A stretch of 64,000 nucleotides of DNA from Polyangiaceae bacterium (lineage in GTDB: Bacteria; Myxococcota_A; Polyangia; Polyangiales; Polyangiaceae): contig CBDCTZ010000014.1 of NCBI GenBank assembly GCA_965222375.1, positions 160,001 through 224,000 on the forward strand, given 5' to 3'. Within the stretch, counting starts at the first letter, position 1, and each line of letters starts with the position of its first letter. The position numbers were made by a program, and so were the translations under genes. Below, in pieces: positions 30,324-40,485 of the stretch. A model generated the notes under the pieces. It saw only the letters and a list, made by a program, of their open reading frames with translations, searched no databases and was not told where the DNA came from.

Positions 30324-32230
30324 CACGCCGCGCGGGAGCGAAGGGGATCCTTGCGGCGGGCACGCTCATGTGGTGCGTGGGCTCTGCGGAGGCGGCTGGT
30401 AAGTCGCTGGACGCCATGCCGCTGGGTGGCGGCAAGGTGCGCGTCGACGGGCTGCTCAAAGAGTGGCGCGGCCGCATGACTCGGCTGAGTTTCACGGTGA
30501 AGGGCCCGCCGACCCGCGTGGAGGGCATGGTCGGCTACGACTCCCGCTACGTGTACGTGGCCATCGACGCTCGCGACAAGAAGATTGCGCGCACCAACGT
30601 GGCCGGCAAAGGTGAAGATCACGCGACCTTGTATCTGGGGTTCCCGAAGGGTCGGGGGCGCGTGGTCACACGGCGAGTCCAGCTATTTCCGGGAGAGCCC
30701 GGCAACGTCGCCGGGGCTGTGAGAGTGGATGGTCGAAAGGTGCCGGGCGCGAAGCTCGTGGAAGCACCGGTCAAAGGCGGCGTCACCTTTGAAGCGCGGG
30801 TGCCCTGGACGGCGTTTCCGGAGGCACGCCGGGTGCGGGTCGGACTGCGCGCGGCGCTGCGCTACACGGACGCTTCGTCTCCAGGTCAGATCAAGTCGAT
30901 CGTGGCGTCGAGCATTTCGACGCGGGGCATGGCGCTGCCACGATTGCCCTTGGAGGCTGAGCAGGGGCTGGACTCGTTGCTCAAGCAGAAGCGGATCTCC
31001 CGCAAGCCGCGACACTTTGCCGCGGGCAACGTCGCCGGTGACGGCATGTTGGAAAACGTCGCCGTCTACGGACGCTTCTTGACCATCGTCGGCCCCAAGT
31101 ACCGCGGTGGGAAGCAGTTCTTTCACGGCGATCTGGCGGCGATCGCGATCCCGCGACTGGAACTCGTCGACTTCGACGGTGACGGTCGCCAGGAAATCGT
31201 GTTGGTGCGACGCATCGGCACCAAGGAAAAGCACCGTGATGTTCTCGAAGTGCGAAAGATCGGCACTCGGGACGTGCCCTACGTGCTGTTCTCCCACGAG
31301 ATTTCCATCGTGACCAAGGACGGCCGGGTCGAAAACGAGTTGAAGATCGAGCGGCGCGGCAAGAAGGCCACGATCACCGTGAAGCAAGGCTCGGCCAATG
31401 GCTTCGAACCGGAATCGTACGCGGAGCCCCGGTCGGGAGACATGCCGCCCACGCTCTTGCCCTGGGAGAGCGTGATCTCGCGCACCTATGCCTGGGATGG
31501 CAGCAAGTTCACCAAAACCGACGAGAAGACCGGCAAGCCCAAGGTGAAGCCCAAGGCAGTGGCCAAAGCTGGCCCGCCACCACCGCCGCCACCGCGCCCC
31601 CCGAGCGCTGACGAGATGCAGGATCGGCTCTACGCCCTGTATCGCAAGGATCGCAAAGTCGGGAAGAAAGCCCCGCGCTTCGACTTCGTGACCAACGTTG
31701 CGGGGGACACCCGGATGGAGCGCGTGGTCATCCACGACAAGGACATCGTGGTGTTCGGCAAGGGTTACCGCGGCGGCCGCAGCTTCGCGTACATCACCGT
31801 GGGCGTCGCGAACACCAAGGACATCTTGGATGCAACCGCGCGGGATCTGACCGGCGACGGCAAGGCCGAAATCATCGTGCGCGGTGTGTTGCACGCCAAG
31901 GCCAGCAAAGAACTGGGCGGCGACGTCGTCGATCGCTACGCGCTGTTCGTGTACAAGGCGACCGAAGGCGGCGTGAAACGGATCTTTGCGGCCGAGACGG
32001 GCCGCGCGCTGGCTGAGAATCGGATTTTGGGCAGCGTGGCGTTCTTGCCTGGAGAGCGTGGTGTGCGGATCGAGTTGCGCCCTGGGCGCGCGGTGGGGTG
32101 GAGTGAGAAGACTTATCCGTTTCCTACGGACACGACCGCGGCGGGGGGACTCGAGCCCCTGTTGTTGCCTTGGGGTGGGGCTTCACCGCGTAGGTACGCG
32201 TTTAATGGGAATATGTTTGTGGGGCCTTGA
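30320..32230 (+). CDS. Exported protein with CBM9/DOMON-like N-domain and FG-GAP-like motifs
   Basis: Signal peptide AEA; VDGLLKEW, YDSRYVYVA, FEARVPW; DFDGDGRQEI, DLTGDGKAEI. Confidence 0.7.
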
Positions 32231-32311
32231 GCCTTTGGGGGCGGGCTGACGCGCGGGGGCGATTGGGGGCGCAGGGACTACGGGCCTTGTGCGCGCTTCG
32301 TGATGGGGCGC

Positions 32312-32475
32312 GTGGGGAACTCGCTGGGGCACGCGGGGCAATTGGGGCGCACTGGGTCGCGCGGGGAACTCGCTGGGGCGAACTTGAGCGCGCGGGGAAC
32401 TCGCTGGGGCGAACTTGAGCGCGTGGGGAACTCGCTGGGGCGAACTTGAGCGCGCGGGGACGAACTTGGGCGCGC
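32312..32475. repeat. 31-nt tandem repeat (3 full copies plus partials)
   Basis: gcggggaactcgctggggcgaacttgagcgc at 32361, 32392, 32423; partial copies at 32312 and 32454. Confidence 0.9.
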
Positions 32476-32573
32476 CGGTGTGCGAGGGATTACGGGCCAG
32501 GTGCGGCGCGTGACGGTGGGCTGATAGGGAAACGGGTTATTCCCACGCGGTGACCACAACGGTCCCAGGGCGG

Positions 32574-34040
32574 CTCATGATCATACACATCTCGTTGCCA
32601 AGAGGTGCGGGGTGTGATCTACCGTCGAAATGCGAGCAACACAGTGGTTGGGTCAAGCGTTGTCCACCGAATTTGCCGGCGTGGAACTGGGGGATCGTCG
32701 GCGCAACGAGCGCCTCGAATGGCTAGCGGACAAGTTGATGGCTGCGCCCAGCGTGGGCTTCCCTCAGGCAGTCGACACGCCGTCGGAGCTGGAGGGCGTG
32801 TATCGATTTCTCCGCAACGACAAGTTCAAGCCGGAGAAAGTGCTGGAGCCGCATATATCAGCGACGGTGGAGCGAGTGCGCTCTGCAGGACTGTGCTTGG
32901 TGGCTCATGACACGACGGAGGTGGCGCTAGGAGGAGCAAGCGAAAGGGCGGGCCTCGGAACGACGTCGGGCGGAGCGCAGGGCTTCTTTGCCCATGTTGC
33001 GCTAGCCATCCTTCCGGGGGAAGAGAGGCTGCCGCTTGGCGTGCTCGGCCTGAAGCGTCACGTCAGAACCAAGTACAAGGGCGGACGGGCGCGCCGGTCA
33101 GTGGATATACGCAAGGATCCAGAGCGGGAATCGCTGCGTTGGCCAGCCATGCTCGAAGCAGTCCATTCGCGCTGTCCTGACAGCGCGCTCGTCCACGTGA
33201 TGGACCGGGAGGCTGACATATATGAAGTTCTTTCCAAGGCAGACGAACTCGGGGCGAGACATGTAATCCGGTCAGCTCAGGATCGAGCCACTGACGAGGT
33301 TGGAGTCCGCCTACACGCTGCCATCGCCGACCTCAAACCTCGGATAACCAGGACGATTTCCGTTTCAAAACGGCTACTAAACGAGCGCACGCACTCCGCA
33401 AAGTCGCACCCGCCACGCAAGGCTCGAACGCTGAAGGTGGCAATCGGAGCCCGACGGAGCACGGTGCAGCGACCAACGACCTGCAAGACGGGACCATCCA
33501 GTATTGAGCTAAACGTGGTCCGAGTCTGGGAGAGGAGGCCAAAGAAGAACGAGCCACCTGTCGAATGGGTACTGCTCACCACGGAGCCAATCGACACAGC
33601 TGACGATCTCGAAGTGATCGTAGATTGCTACCGCAGCCGCTGGCTAATCGAGGAATTCTTCAAAGCACTCAAACAGGGGTGCTCCCTCGAGAAGCGCCAG
33701 CTGGAATCGTACCAGGCGCTGAGCAACGCCCTAGCCGTCTTCTTGCCCATCGCTTGGCGATTGCTCCTCATGCGCTCGCTAGGACGAGTCGCACCAGGGC
33801 AACCGGCGAAGACCATCCTGAGCGAGACACAGCTGCAATTGATAAAGCTAAAATTCCGACTGCCGGACGTCCCTGCCACAGTTGAGGAGGCGCTGTACGC
33901 GGTAGCATGCCTTGGTGGGCATCTCAGAAACAACGGTCTACCAGGTTGGCAGACTCTAGGCAGAGGCTACTTCAAGCTTCTCGACTTTGAGGTCGGCTTC
34001 CAGCTCGCTCAAGCCCTGGCGAAATGCGATCAATCATGAG
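32574..34040 (+). mobile_element. IS4-family insertion sequence (1467 bp)
   Basis: Terminal IRs ctcatgatcatacacat / atgcgatcaatcatgag; 9-bp direct repeat ccagggcgg at 32565-32573 and 34041-34049. Confidence 0.92.
32630..34039 (+). CDS. IS4-family (Tn5-like) DDE transposase
   Basis: LGDRRRNERL DNA-binding N-domain, HDTT, MDREAD, YRSRWLIEEFFKALK (YREK), LGG...PGWQTL. Confidence 0.95.
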   Translation: MRATQWLGQALSTEFAGVELGDRRRNERLEWLADKLMAAPSVGFPQAVDTPSELEGVYRFLRNDKFKPEKVLEPHISATVERVRSAGLCLVAHDTTEVALGGASERAGLGTTSGGAQGFFAHVALAILPGEERLPLGVLGLKRHVRTKYKGGRARRSVDIRKDPERESLRWPAMLEAVHSRCPDSALVHVMDREADIYEVLSKADELGARHVIRSAQDRATDEVGVRLHAAIADLKPRITRTISVSKRLLNERTHSAKSHPPRKARTLKVAIGARRSTVQRPTTCKTGPSSIELNVVRVWERRPKKNEPPVEWVLLTTEPIDTADDLEVIVDCYRSRWLIEEFFKALKQGCSLEKRQLESYQALSNALAVFLPIAWRLLLMRSLGRVAPGQPAKTILSETQLQLIKLKFRLPDVPATVEEALYAVACLGGHLRNNGLPGWQTLGRGYFKLLDFEVGFQLAQALAKCDQS

Positions 34041-34260
34041 CCAGGGCGGGTGGGCTACTTGGTCGGCACACTGCAGATTCAGTTGCTCCATTTCTGTACG
34101 GAGTCCTCCCATCGGGCGGGAACACTGTGGTCGTGCAACCGCGATGCTGAGTTGCGAACTTTGCGCCGGCGAATGGTGTCCTGCCGACTGTCAGGGCTCC
34201 GATGCGGGCGGGCCTTGGGGGGCCCGCCACGTCCGCATCTCCGCCGGGGCGCCGGCGCCG
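34041..34260 (+). repeat. Left arm of a ~220-bp inverted repeat (its first bases lie at 32562-32573, split by the IS)
   Basis: About 80% identical by eye to the reverse complement of 35995-36216; 22-nt identical block gcaaccgcgatgctgagttgcg. Confidence 0.88.
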
Positions 34261-34314
34261 AACTTGTCTGCGTAGTTCCTTGTCGACCGGGCGGGCCGAG
34301 CTGAGGAAACCCGG

Positions 34315-35745
34315 CTACGGAACCAGTATCGTGAGAGCCTGGCGCAGCAGGTCTACCAAGGGTTTGTCACCTTGGCTGTGACCGTCAGCCCGCCACGCCA
34401 GTGCAGCAACGGCTTTCTTCGACTCGCCACGCCGAAAGCCCATGTTCGTCAGAGCGCTGAGAAGCTTCGATTCCATCTCGGCTGAATCTACGCAGGCTTG
34501 GTCGCACACCTCGGCGTCCGACCTTCGCTGGCGAAGGTGAATTGCACCGGGCATGGAATCTCGTTCGAGCGATTCCTGGACATCCGCCCCTCCGTCGTTG
34601 GTCTGCTCAGGGCGGCTCCGCGATTCCGTGCTCGACCTTCGCTGGCGAAGGTGAATTGCACCGGGCATGAAATCTCGTTCGACTGCCTCCTCGACGGTGG
34701 CCTTTTCGTCATGGCTCTTTTCCCCGACGCGCGGCGGTTCGTCGCCTGACCTTCGCTGGCGAAGGCGAATTCTGCTCTCGATGAACTTCCGGCCGAACAC
34801 TTTCTCGGCCTCGAACAGATTGTGTGCACGGCATAGAAGTCGCCCATTTCGAGTCGTTCCTGGTCCGCCACGGGCGCGCGCGTTGCGATGATCGAGCTCC
34901 ACAAAGGCTCGCTCCTGGCAGCGCTCGCCGCTCGGCGACGTGTACGTGCACTGCTCGCCATCTCGCTCGTAGATTTCTCTGCGGGCTTGGCGGGAGAAGT
35001 CGCCGTGCTTGGTGCCGCGAGAGCGCCGCGGATGCTTCGTCTTGCCGAGCTTCTTCTTCTCCAGATCTGCCAGCACCAAGTCGAGTCCTCGCTCGATGAG
35101 CGTCGCCAAGTCCCGCCTCGGATTCGAGTGGCTCATCAAGTCGAGGGCGCGTTCGAGCTTGTCTCTCAGCGCCATGTCAGCAGAGAACTGCACGTGGAAG
35201 CGTTGTGCGGACAGCTGAGTCACGCGCGGTCTGGGCTCCTGTTGGTCGGCAGTCGCTGCAATCGGCTGCCCCGTCGCCGAAGCGGCCGCAGCAGCGCCAC
35301 CGAGCTGAGCTTGGACCGGCGATGGGCGTATCGCGTCCTCGACATCTGGCCTCGGGAACCGCGAGCGGATCAGTAGCTCGACCTCGGCTTTGCTCTTATC
35401 GCAGGCCTCTGCGAGCAGCTCGGCGTGGTTTTCCGCGTTCAGGCACTTCTGCAGCAGGCTGAGTGCAGTGACGTGGATCCGCCCGTCTCTCAGCAGGTCT
35501 AGAACCATCGGATAGCTTCGGGCAATTCGAGCCGCTGCAAGATGTCGATGGGCGCTGCCCTCGCTGAGCCGCAGCCTGCGGCAGCAGAACTCGTACATAG
35601 AGGAGCACGCTTCCCATCGCTCCAAGCGCCGTGCTTCCACTTCGCCGAGGTAGGCCACCAGCTCCACGGTGATCTTGCGCCGGGAACCAATCACGTCGGC
35701 GAGATTCGCCAAGACTTCATTGTCCGAAAGATGTTCGAGTTGCAT
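34315..35745 (-). CDS. HNH endonuclease with DUF222-like N-domain and RuvA-CTD-like tail
   Basis: LSDNEVL...LVAYLGEVEARRL; IYERDGEQC...ELDH...NGRLLCRAHN; LLSALTNMGF...LLRQAL; start 35745 or 35766. Confidence 0.85.
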   Translation of the reverse strand: MQLEHLSDNEVLANLADVIGSRRKITVELVAYLGEVEARRLERWEACSSMYEFCCRRLRLSEGSAHRHLAAARIARSYPMVLDLLRDGRIHVTALSLLQKCLNAENHAELLAEACDKSKAEVELLIRSRFPRPDVEDAIRPSPVQAQLGGAAAAASATGQPIAATADQQEPRPRVTQLSAQRFHVQFSADMALRDKLERALDLMSHSNPRRDLATLIERGLDLVLADLEKKKLGKTKHPRRSRGTKHGDFSRQARREIYERDGEQCTYTSPSGERCQERAFVELDHRNARARGGPGTTRNGRLLCRAHNLFEAEKVFGRKFIESRIRLRQRRSGDEPPRVGEKSHDEKATVEEAVERDFMPGAIHLRQRRSSTESRSRPEQTNDGGADVQESLERDSMPGAIHLRQRRSDAEVCDQACVDSAEMESKLLSALTNMGFRRGESKKAVAALAWRADGHSQGDKPLVDLLRQALTILVP

Positions 35746-35994
35746 GCTTACTTGCGTAACATGCACTTTTTGGGCCTCTCAGCTGACCCGCTGCGTGGCG
35801 ATCGCGACGTCAATCACCGCGCGCGTCGTCTGGTTGCCGAAACTGCGCACGTGGGGCGCACATGCGCGGCACGCTCGAACAAATCGTTGCGCCGGAGTTT
35901 CGTGCGCGTGTGCGCACGAAAACCTGTCAACAACATTCTTCGGAAAAAATGTGAAGTGCGCGACCCACACTTCGCGCTCTTTCACTGACATGCG

Positions 35995-36216
35995 CGGCGC
36001 CGGCACCCCGGCGGAGGTGCGGATGTGGCGGGCCCTCAAAGGCCCGCCCGCACCGGAGCCCTCATCAGACGAGATGACGCCAGTCGCCGGCGCGTTTTTC
36101 CGCAACTCAGCATCGCGGTTGCCCGACAAGTTGTCCCACCCGGGGTGGGCCTCCGTACAAAAATCGAGCAACTGAATCCGCATTGGGCCGAACAAGTTGC
36201 CCTCCCACCCTGGGAC
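35995..36216 (-). repeat. Right arm of the ~220-bp inverted repeat
   Basis: Reverse complement begins gtcccagggtggg and ends gccggcgccg, like the left arm. Confidence 0.88.
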
Positions 36217-36339
36217 TTCTGTGTGTGCAGTTTGTTGTAGGTCCGCATTCCCTTGTCAGCCTCCCGTGATGCGGCGGTGGGGTGGGTTGCTTGTGATGCG
36301 GCGGTTTCAGCTGATGCCGCAACCTTCGCTAGCGAAGGT

Positions 36340-36821
36340 GCTAGGAGCGCTTCTCCGCATGGACGCACGTCCGTGAATGTCGTCGTGCGTAGCAGGCTGA
36401 ATTCGTGGCTGTAGTAGGCGATGCCTCCGCGGAGCCACAGGTCCGTGCTCGTCCCCAGGGGCAGCGCGGCGCCGACGCGTGCGCCCAAGTACAACGTTTC
36501 TCCAAACGAATCGTTATCGGCGTAGCTGAACAATCCGCCCACGGAGATCGGCGGTGAGACGAAGTATTGAACCCCAACCGCGCGACTGGGCCTTGTCCGA
36601 GAATCGGGCCGATGAACGTGCCGATGCTGGTGGACTTTGCTGGCCTCGTCTGCCCCCTCCGCTTCGAAACGAGTATGTACGGCGCCGCCGAGGTGCTCCA
36701 GAGAGACGACTAGGGGCCGTTCGGTTCCGAAGCCGCTCGACTCTTGGGCGCTGGCTTCCAGCGGGGCCAGCGCGGCGAGGGCCAGCGCGACGGGTGCGAG
36801 GATTCGAGCGGGGCGAATCAT
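36340..36821 (-). pseudogene. Outer-membrane beta-barrel-like protein, double frameshift and 3' truncation
   Basis: Signal peptide ASA-Q; +1/-1 indels near 36636 and 36573 restore KSTSIGTFIGPILGQGPVARLG; protein-like sequence stops after GEALL. Confidence 0.55.
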
Positions 36822-36822
36822 C

Positions 36823-37436
36823 TCAGAACTCCCCCATCATGCCGGCGGAGAACCCGATGGCGCGGAACTCGGTGTCTTCGTCGCCTTGCTTGCCCCAAAC
36901 GTGCACGTCGACGTTGGGGCCGAAGAGAATGCTGAAGCGCGGGGCCGGCGTGATGGTGGCCAGCGCTTCTATGCTGGCAGTGAGGTTGTAGGCGTCGTCG
37001 CCGTCTGAAAAGAAGCCGAAGAAGCTCGGGCCGCCCCTGAGCCAGTAGCCCAAGCTCTTCTGTAGGGTGCCGGCGTAGCCAATGCGAGGTCCGAGTCGCA
37101 GCATGCCCACTGGGTCGTCATCGAAGAACTCATCATATAGGTGAAGCCAACCAGACTACCGAAGTTGAGGCCGCTGGCCTGCATGCTGAAGAGCCCAACG
37201 TTGCCCCAGTAGAACGGATGCATCCCGGTGCTATCCAGGGTGCTGCAGTCGTCGTCTTCGCAGAATTTCTGAGACTGAAAGCCGAAGATCCGCTCGACGC
37301 TGAGTACGAAGGAGTCTCGATTGTCGAAGCTGTCGGCGGGCACCTTGGGTTCCTCGGCGGGCTGGGCCGACAGGGCGCCGCACAGCAGGCTGCTAGCAGC
37401 TGCCATGCTCAATGCGGATGCCTGGAACCGATTCAT
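36823..37436 (-). pseudogene. Outer-membrane beta-barrel-like protein, frameshift near 37134
   Basis: ORF from 37436 (FVLSVERIFG) joins ORF 36823-37110 (RLGPRIGY...GMMGEF, terminal Phe). Confidence 0.65.
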
Positions 37437-37634
37437 GACCCTGCCCAGGTGCTGGCTGACCCAAGGGGCCTCGGGCCAAGTGTTGGCGCCCGGGGCGCAG
37501 GCCAAGGGCGCGGTCGAGAGCAGAAACCGCGGTCGTTCAGCTGGCTTGCGCCGTGAATAGTGCGGTCGCGCTCGACCGCCAGACGCGCCGCGAGCAGTGG
37601 CCCCGCGGCGCGCATTTCGGTTGAAACCAGGGAA

Positions 37635-38300
37635 CTAGCTGCTGCGACGCACTGGAATGATCTGCACGCGGCGGTCGTCGCCTTCGCCGTCGCTCTTGGT
37701 CACGACGCCTTCGAACTTGGCTAGGGCCAGGTGCACGACGCGGCGGTCCCGGGGGCTCATGGGCTCGAAGGTGATGATCTTGCCCTGCTCCATGGCCTGC
37801 TTGCCGAGGCGGCGCGCCATAGTTCCGAGCTGGTTGTCCCGACGGCTGCGGTAGCCCTCGGCGTCTACGAGCACGTGGCGCTTTTCGGTGCCCGGGCGGT
37901 TGATCACGCGATGGGTGAGGAACTGCAGGGCGGCGAGGACTTGACCCTTCTTGCCGATGACGCGGCCGGCGTCGGGGCCGGTGATCTCGATGTGGATCTC
38001 AGCCTCGTCTTCGCTCTGACGAGGGCGACGCATCTGCACGATGCAGTCCATGTCCATTTCCCGGATGACTTTGCTGACGAACTCCAAGGCCATCTTCTGG
38101 CGTTCGTCGGTGGGTTCGAAGGCCTCCACCTTGGCGCCATTGCCGCGCCGCCGTCGGCGCCGGCTTCGCTGTCGGCCGCCTTCTTCGGACGATGCTTCCG
38201 CGGCGCCGTTGTCCCCGTCGTCGCCGTCGTGCTCCGGGATGTCTCCGTCTTCGTCATCCCAGCTGTCTTCGACCTGTTGTTCCTGTTCGTTCATGGTCAT
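37635..38300 (-). CDS. jag: Jag/KhpB (EloR) KH-R3H RNA-binding protein
   Basis: GRVIGKKGQVLAALQ, VDAEGYR, PMSPRDRRVVH; follows yidC. Confidence 0.92.
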   Translation of the reverse strand: MTMNEQEQQVEDSWDDEDGDIPEHDGDDGDNGAAEASSEEGGRQRSRRRRRRGNGAKVEAFEPTDERQKMALEFVSKVIREMDMDCIVQMRRPRQSEDEAEIHIEITGPDAGRVIGKKGQVLAALQFLTHRVINRPGTEKRHVLVDAEGYRSRRDNQLGTMARRLGKQAMEQGKIITFEPMSPRDRRVVHLALAKFEGVVTKSDGEGDDRRVQIIPVRRSS

Positions 38301-40132
38301 GCCTTCCCTTTGCCCAAGAGCGCGCGCCGACCTACGCCACTGTCGTCGTCGGTCTTCCCCTTTTTGTTTTTGGATTTTCCGCGCTTGCCCTTCGACTCGC
38401 CCTTCGGCTCGTCGGATGAAACTTTGACCTCAACGGTCTTTTTTTTCGTGTCGTTCTGCCGCCGCACATAGCGCTCGACGATCTGCTGCTGCACGATGCC
38501 CAGCACGCCGTTGGTGAACATGTACACGCCGAGCCCTGACGGCAAAAACAGCATGAACACCGTGAACATTGCCGGCATGAAGTAGAGCATCATCTTCTGC
38601 TGCGCGGCGTCTGCCTGCATCGGCATCAGCTTCTGCTGCAGGTAGGAGTTGCCTCCGATGATGAACGGCAAGATGTAATAAGGATCCGGCTCAGACAGGT
38701 CCGGGAACCACAAGAACGGGATGTTGTACAGCTCCACGGCGGTTTGCAGCGTCGTGTAGAGGGCAAACCACACCGGCATACTGGCCAGTTGAGGTAGACA
38801 GCCCTTCACTGGGTTGACGTTGTGCTTTCGCCAGAGCTCCATCTGCGCGAGCCCGCGCGCCTGGGGGTCGTCCTTGTACTTCTCGGTCATCGCGTCGAGC
38901 TCGGGCTTGAGCTCGCGCATCTTGATCATGCTCTTGATGCTCGGAACGCTGAGGGGGAACAGCAGCGTGCGTGCCACCAGGGTCAAGATGATGATGGCGA
39001 TGCCCCAGTTGGGGATCACGCTGTAGACTTTGAGCAGGAACGCCACCAGGATCTTGGCGATGGCCGAGAAGAAGCCCAGATCGATCAGCTCGGAGAGGTC
39101 TTGCTTGCCTCCGGCCGCGGCGGACAGAAGGTTCCGCTCTTTGGGGCCGGCGAAGGTCAGAACGGAATAGGTGGCCTTCTTGCCCGGCTCGAGGCTGGCG
39201 GCGGGGTAGGCCAGGCGCGCGCGATACATGGCGCCGGCGTTGGGGTCGTCGCCCTTGGACTTGAAGCGCCCCGCATCCCAGCGCTCCTCGATTTGGAGCT
39301 GGCAGGTCGGCTTGGCATCCGCCGGCGCGCTCTGGGGCACGATGGCGTTGGAAAAATAGGCGTTGGAAACCGCAGCATAAGCGCTGGGGGCCTTGTTTTC
39401 GAACCAATCCCCGGGGTTCAGATCGCCCTTGAATTCCTCGGCTTCGAAGTCTTCAGGCTCGAAGTCCTCGGGATGCAGCCGCTCGGCCTCGTTGTCGTCT
39501 TGGATGCACTCAACGTGGGTGATGTATGGGCTGACCCGGAACATCTTGCCGGCAACCTCGCCCGTGGTGCGCCAGGACGTGGTCTCGACGGTCAGAGCGT
39601 GATCCAGCTTCTTGTCGCTGATGTTCTCGACGGTTTCTTCGACGATGAGTTCGTAGGGACGATCCGTCGTGCGGATGACCCGCGTGAGTCGAGTCTTGGC
39701 GTCCTCGTAGCTCAGCTCGCAAGACTTGCCGTCGGATTTGGTCAGACGGTAGTCGACGGAGTCGAAGTCCACTTGTTGCCCATTCGAGGGCTTGACGGCC
39801 TCGTTGCGCCAATGAAAGCGAAGATGTCGACGCATCTCCACGTCCGGCGTGGTCGAAAGATCCGTGGGTTTGCCGTCGCGCTGGTACTTGGCGGTTGTCA
39901 GCTCGAAGTGACGCAGGGCTCCGCCTCGCGTAGTGACCTGTGCCCGGAAGCGGGGCCCCCAGATGTCGCAGAGGCGCTCCGTCTTGCGCGCCTTGGGGAA
40001 GACGGCGCTTTCGTTCTGCAACGGCTGGGTGCTGCTCTCTTCGTCGCTGCCGAAGAGCTTGGGCACTAGCGTAAAGCCTACGAGTGCCAGAAGGCCGATG
40101 AGCAGCCAGCGGGAGAGTCCACTACGTTCCAT
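38297..40132 (-). CDS. yidC: Membrane protein insertase YidC
   Basis: NWGIAIIILT, KGCLP, PDLSEPDPYYILP, PSGLGVY; operon context. Confidence 0.96.
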   Translation of the reverse strand: MERSGLSRWLLIGLLALVGFTLVPKLFGSDEESSTQPLQNESAVFPKARKTERLCDIWGPRFRAQVTTRGGALRHFELTTAKYQRDGKPTDLSTTPDVEMRRHLRFHWRNEAVKPSNGQQVDFDSVDYRLTKSDGKSCELSYEDAKTRLTRVIRTTDRPYELIVEETVENISDKKLDHALTVETTSWRTTGEVAGKMFRVSPYITHVECIQDDNEAERLHPEDFEPEDFEAEEFKGDLNPGDWFENKAPSAYAAVSNAYFSNAIVPQSAPADAKPTCQLQIEERWDAGRFKSKGDDPNAGAMYRARLAYPAASLEPGKKATYSVLTFAGPKERNLLSAAAGGKQDLSELIDLGFFSAIAKILVAFLLKVYSVIPNWGIAIIILTLVARTLLFPLSVPSIKSMIKMRELKPELDAMTEKYKDDPQARGLAQMELWRKHNVNPVKGCLPQLASMPVWFALYTTLQTAVELYNIPFLWFPDLSEPDPYYILPFIIGGNSYLQQKLMPMQADAAQQKMMLYFMPAMFTVFMLFLPSGLGVYMFTNGVLGIVQQQIVERYVRRQNDTKKKTVEVKVSSDEPKGESKGKRGKSKNKKGKTDDDSGVGRRALLGKGKA

Positions 40133-40153
40133 GAGGTGATTGTCGGGAAGGGC

Positions 40154-40444
40154 TCAGGCGCTTTGACCGTCGTCGGATTGCCGCGCCTGTGCGGGCGAGG
40201 GGCCTTCTGCGGAGGCCTCGATGCCCGGGGGAAGAGGTGGCGGATCGTATCCACCAGGATGGAACGGATGGCAACGCATTAGGCGTCGAAAAGTGAGCCA
40301 ACTGCCCTTAAATGCCCCGTGCAGCTCCAAACAGCGCACCGAGTAGCGGCTGCAGGAGGGCTCGAATCGGCAAACCGGGCCCAGCATGCGGGACAAAGTG
40401 AGCTGGTAGACCCGAATCAGTAATATGAGGATCTTGGCCAGCAT
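40154..40444 (-). CDS. yidD: Membrane protein insertion efficiency factor YidD
   Basis: YQLTLS...CRFEPSCSRY...RCHPFHPGGYDP. Confidence 0.95.
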   Translation of the reverse strand: MLAKILILLIRVYQLTLSRMLGPVCRFEPSCSRYSVRCLELHGAFKGSWLTFRRLMRCHPFHPGGYDPPPLPPGIEASAEGPSPAQARQSDDGQSA

Positions 40445-40485
40445 CGGGCTCGGAGTGTCCCCCCAAAGCCGCCACGAGGCCAGGG

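Noticed and set aside
32312..32475. CRISPR array
   Set aside because: 31-nt units are contiguous, with no spacers
33987..36195. ORFs 33987-34304 (+) and 35779-36195 (-) with similar peptides (IQLL.FCTE, NRDAELR)
   Set aside because: Similarity derives from the inverted repeat; the frame is not conserved between arms
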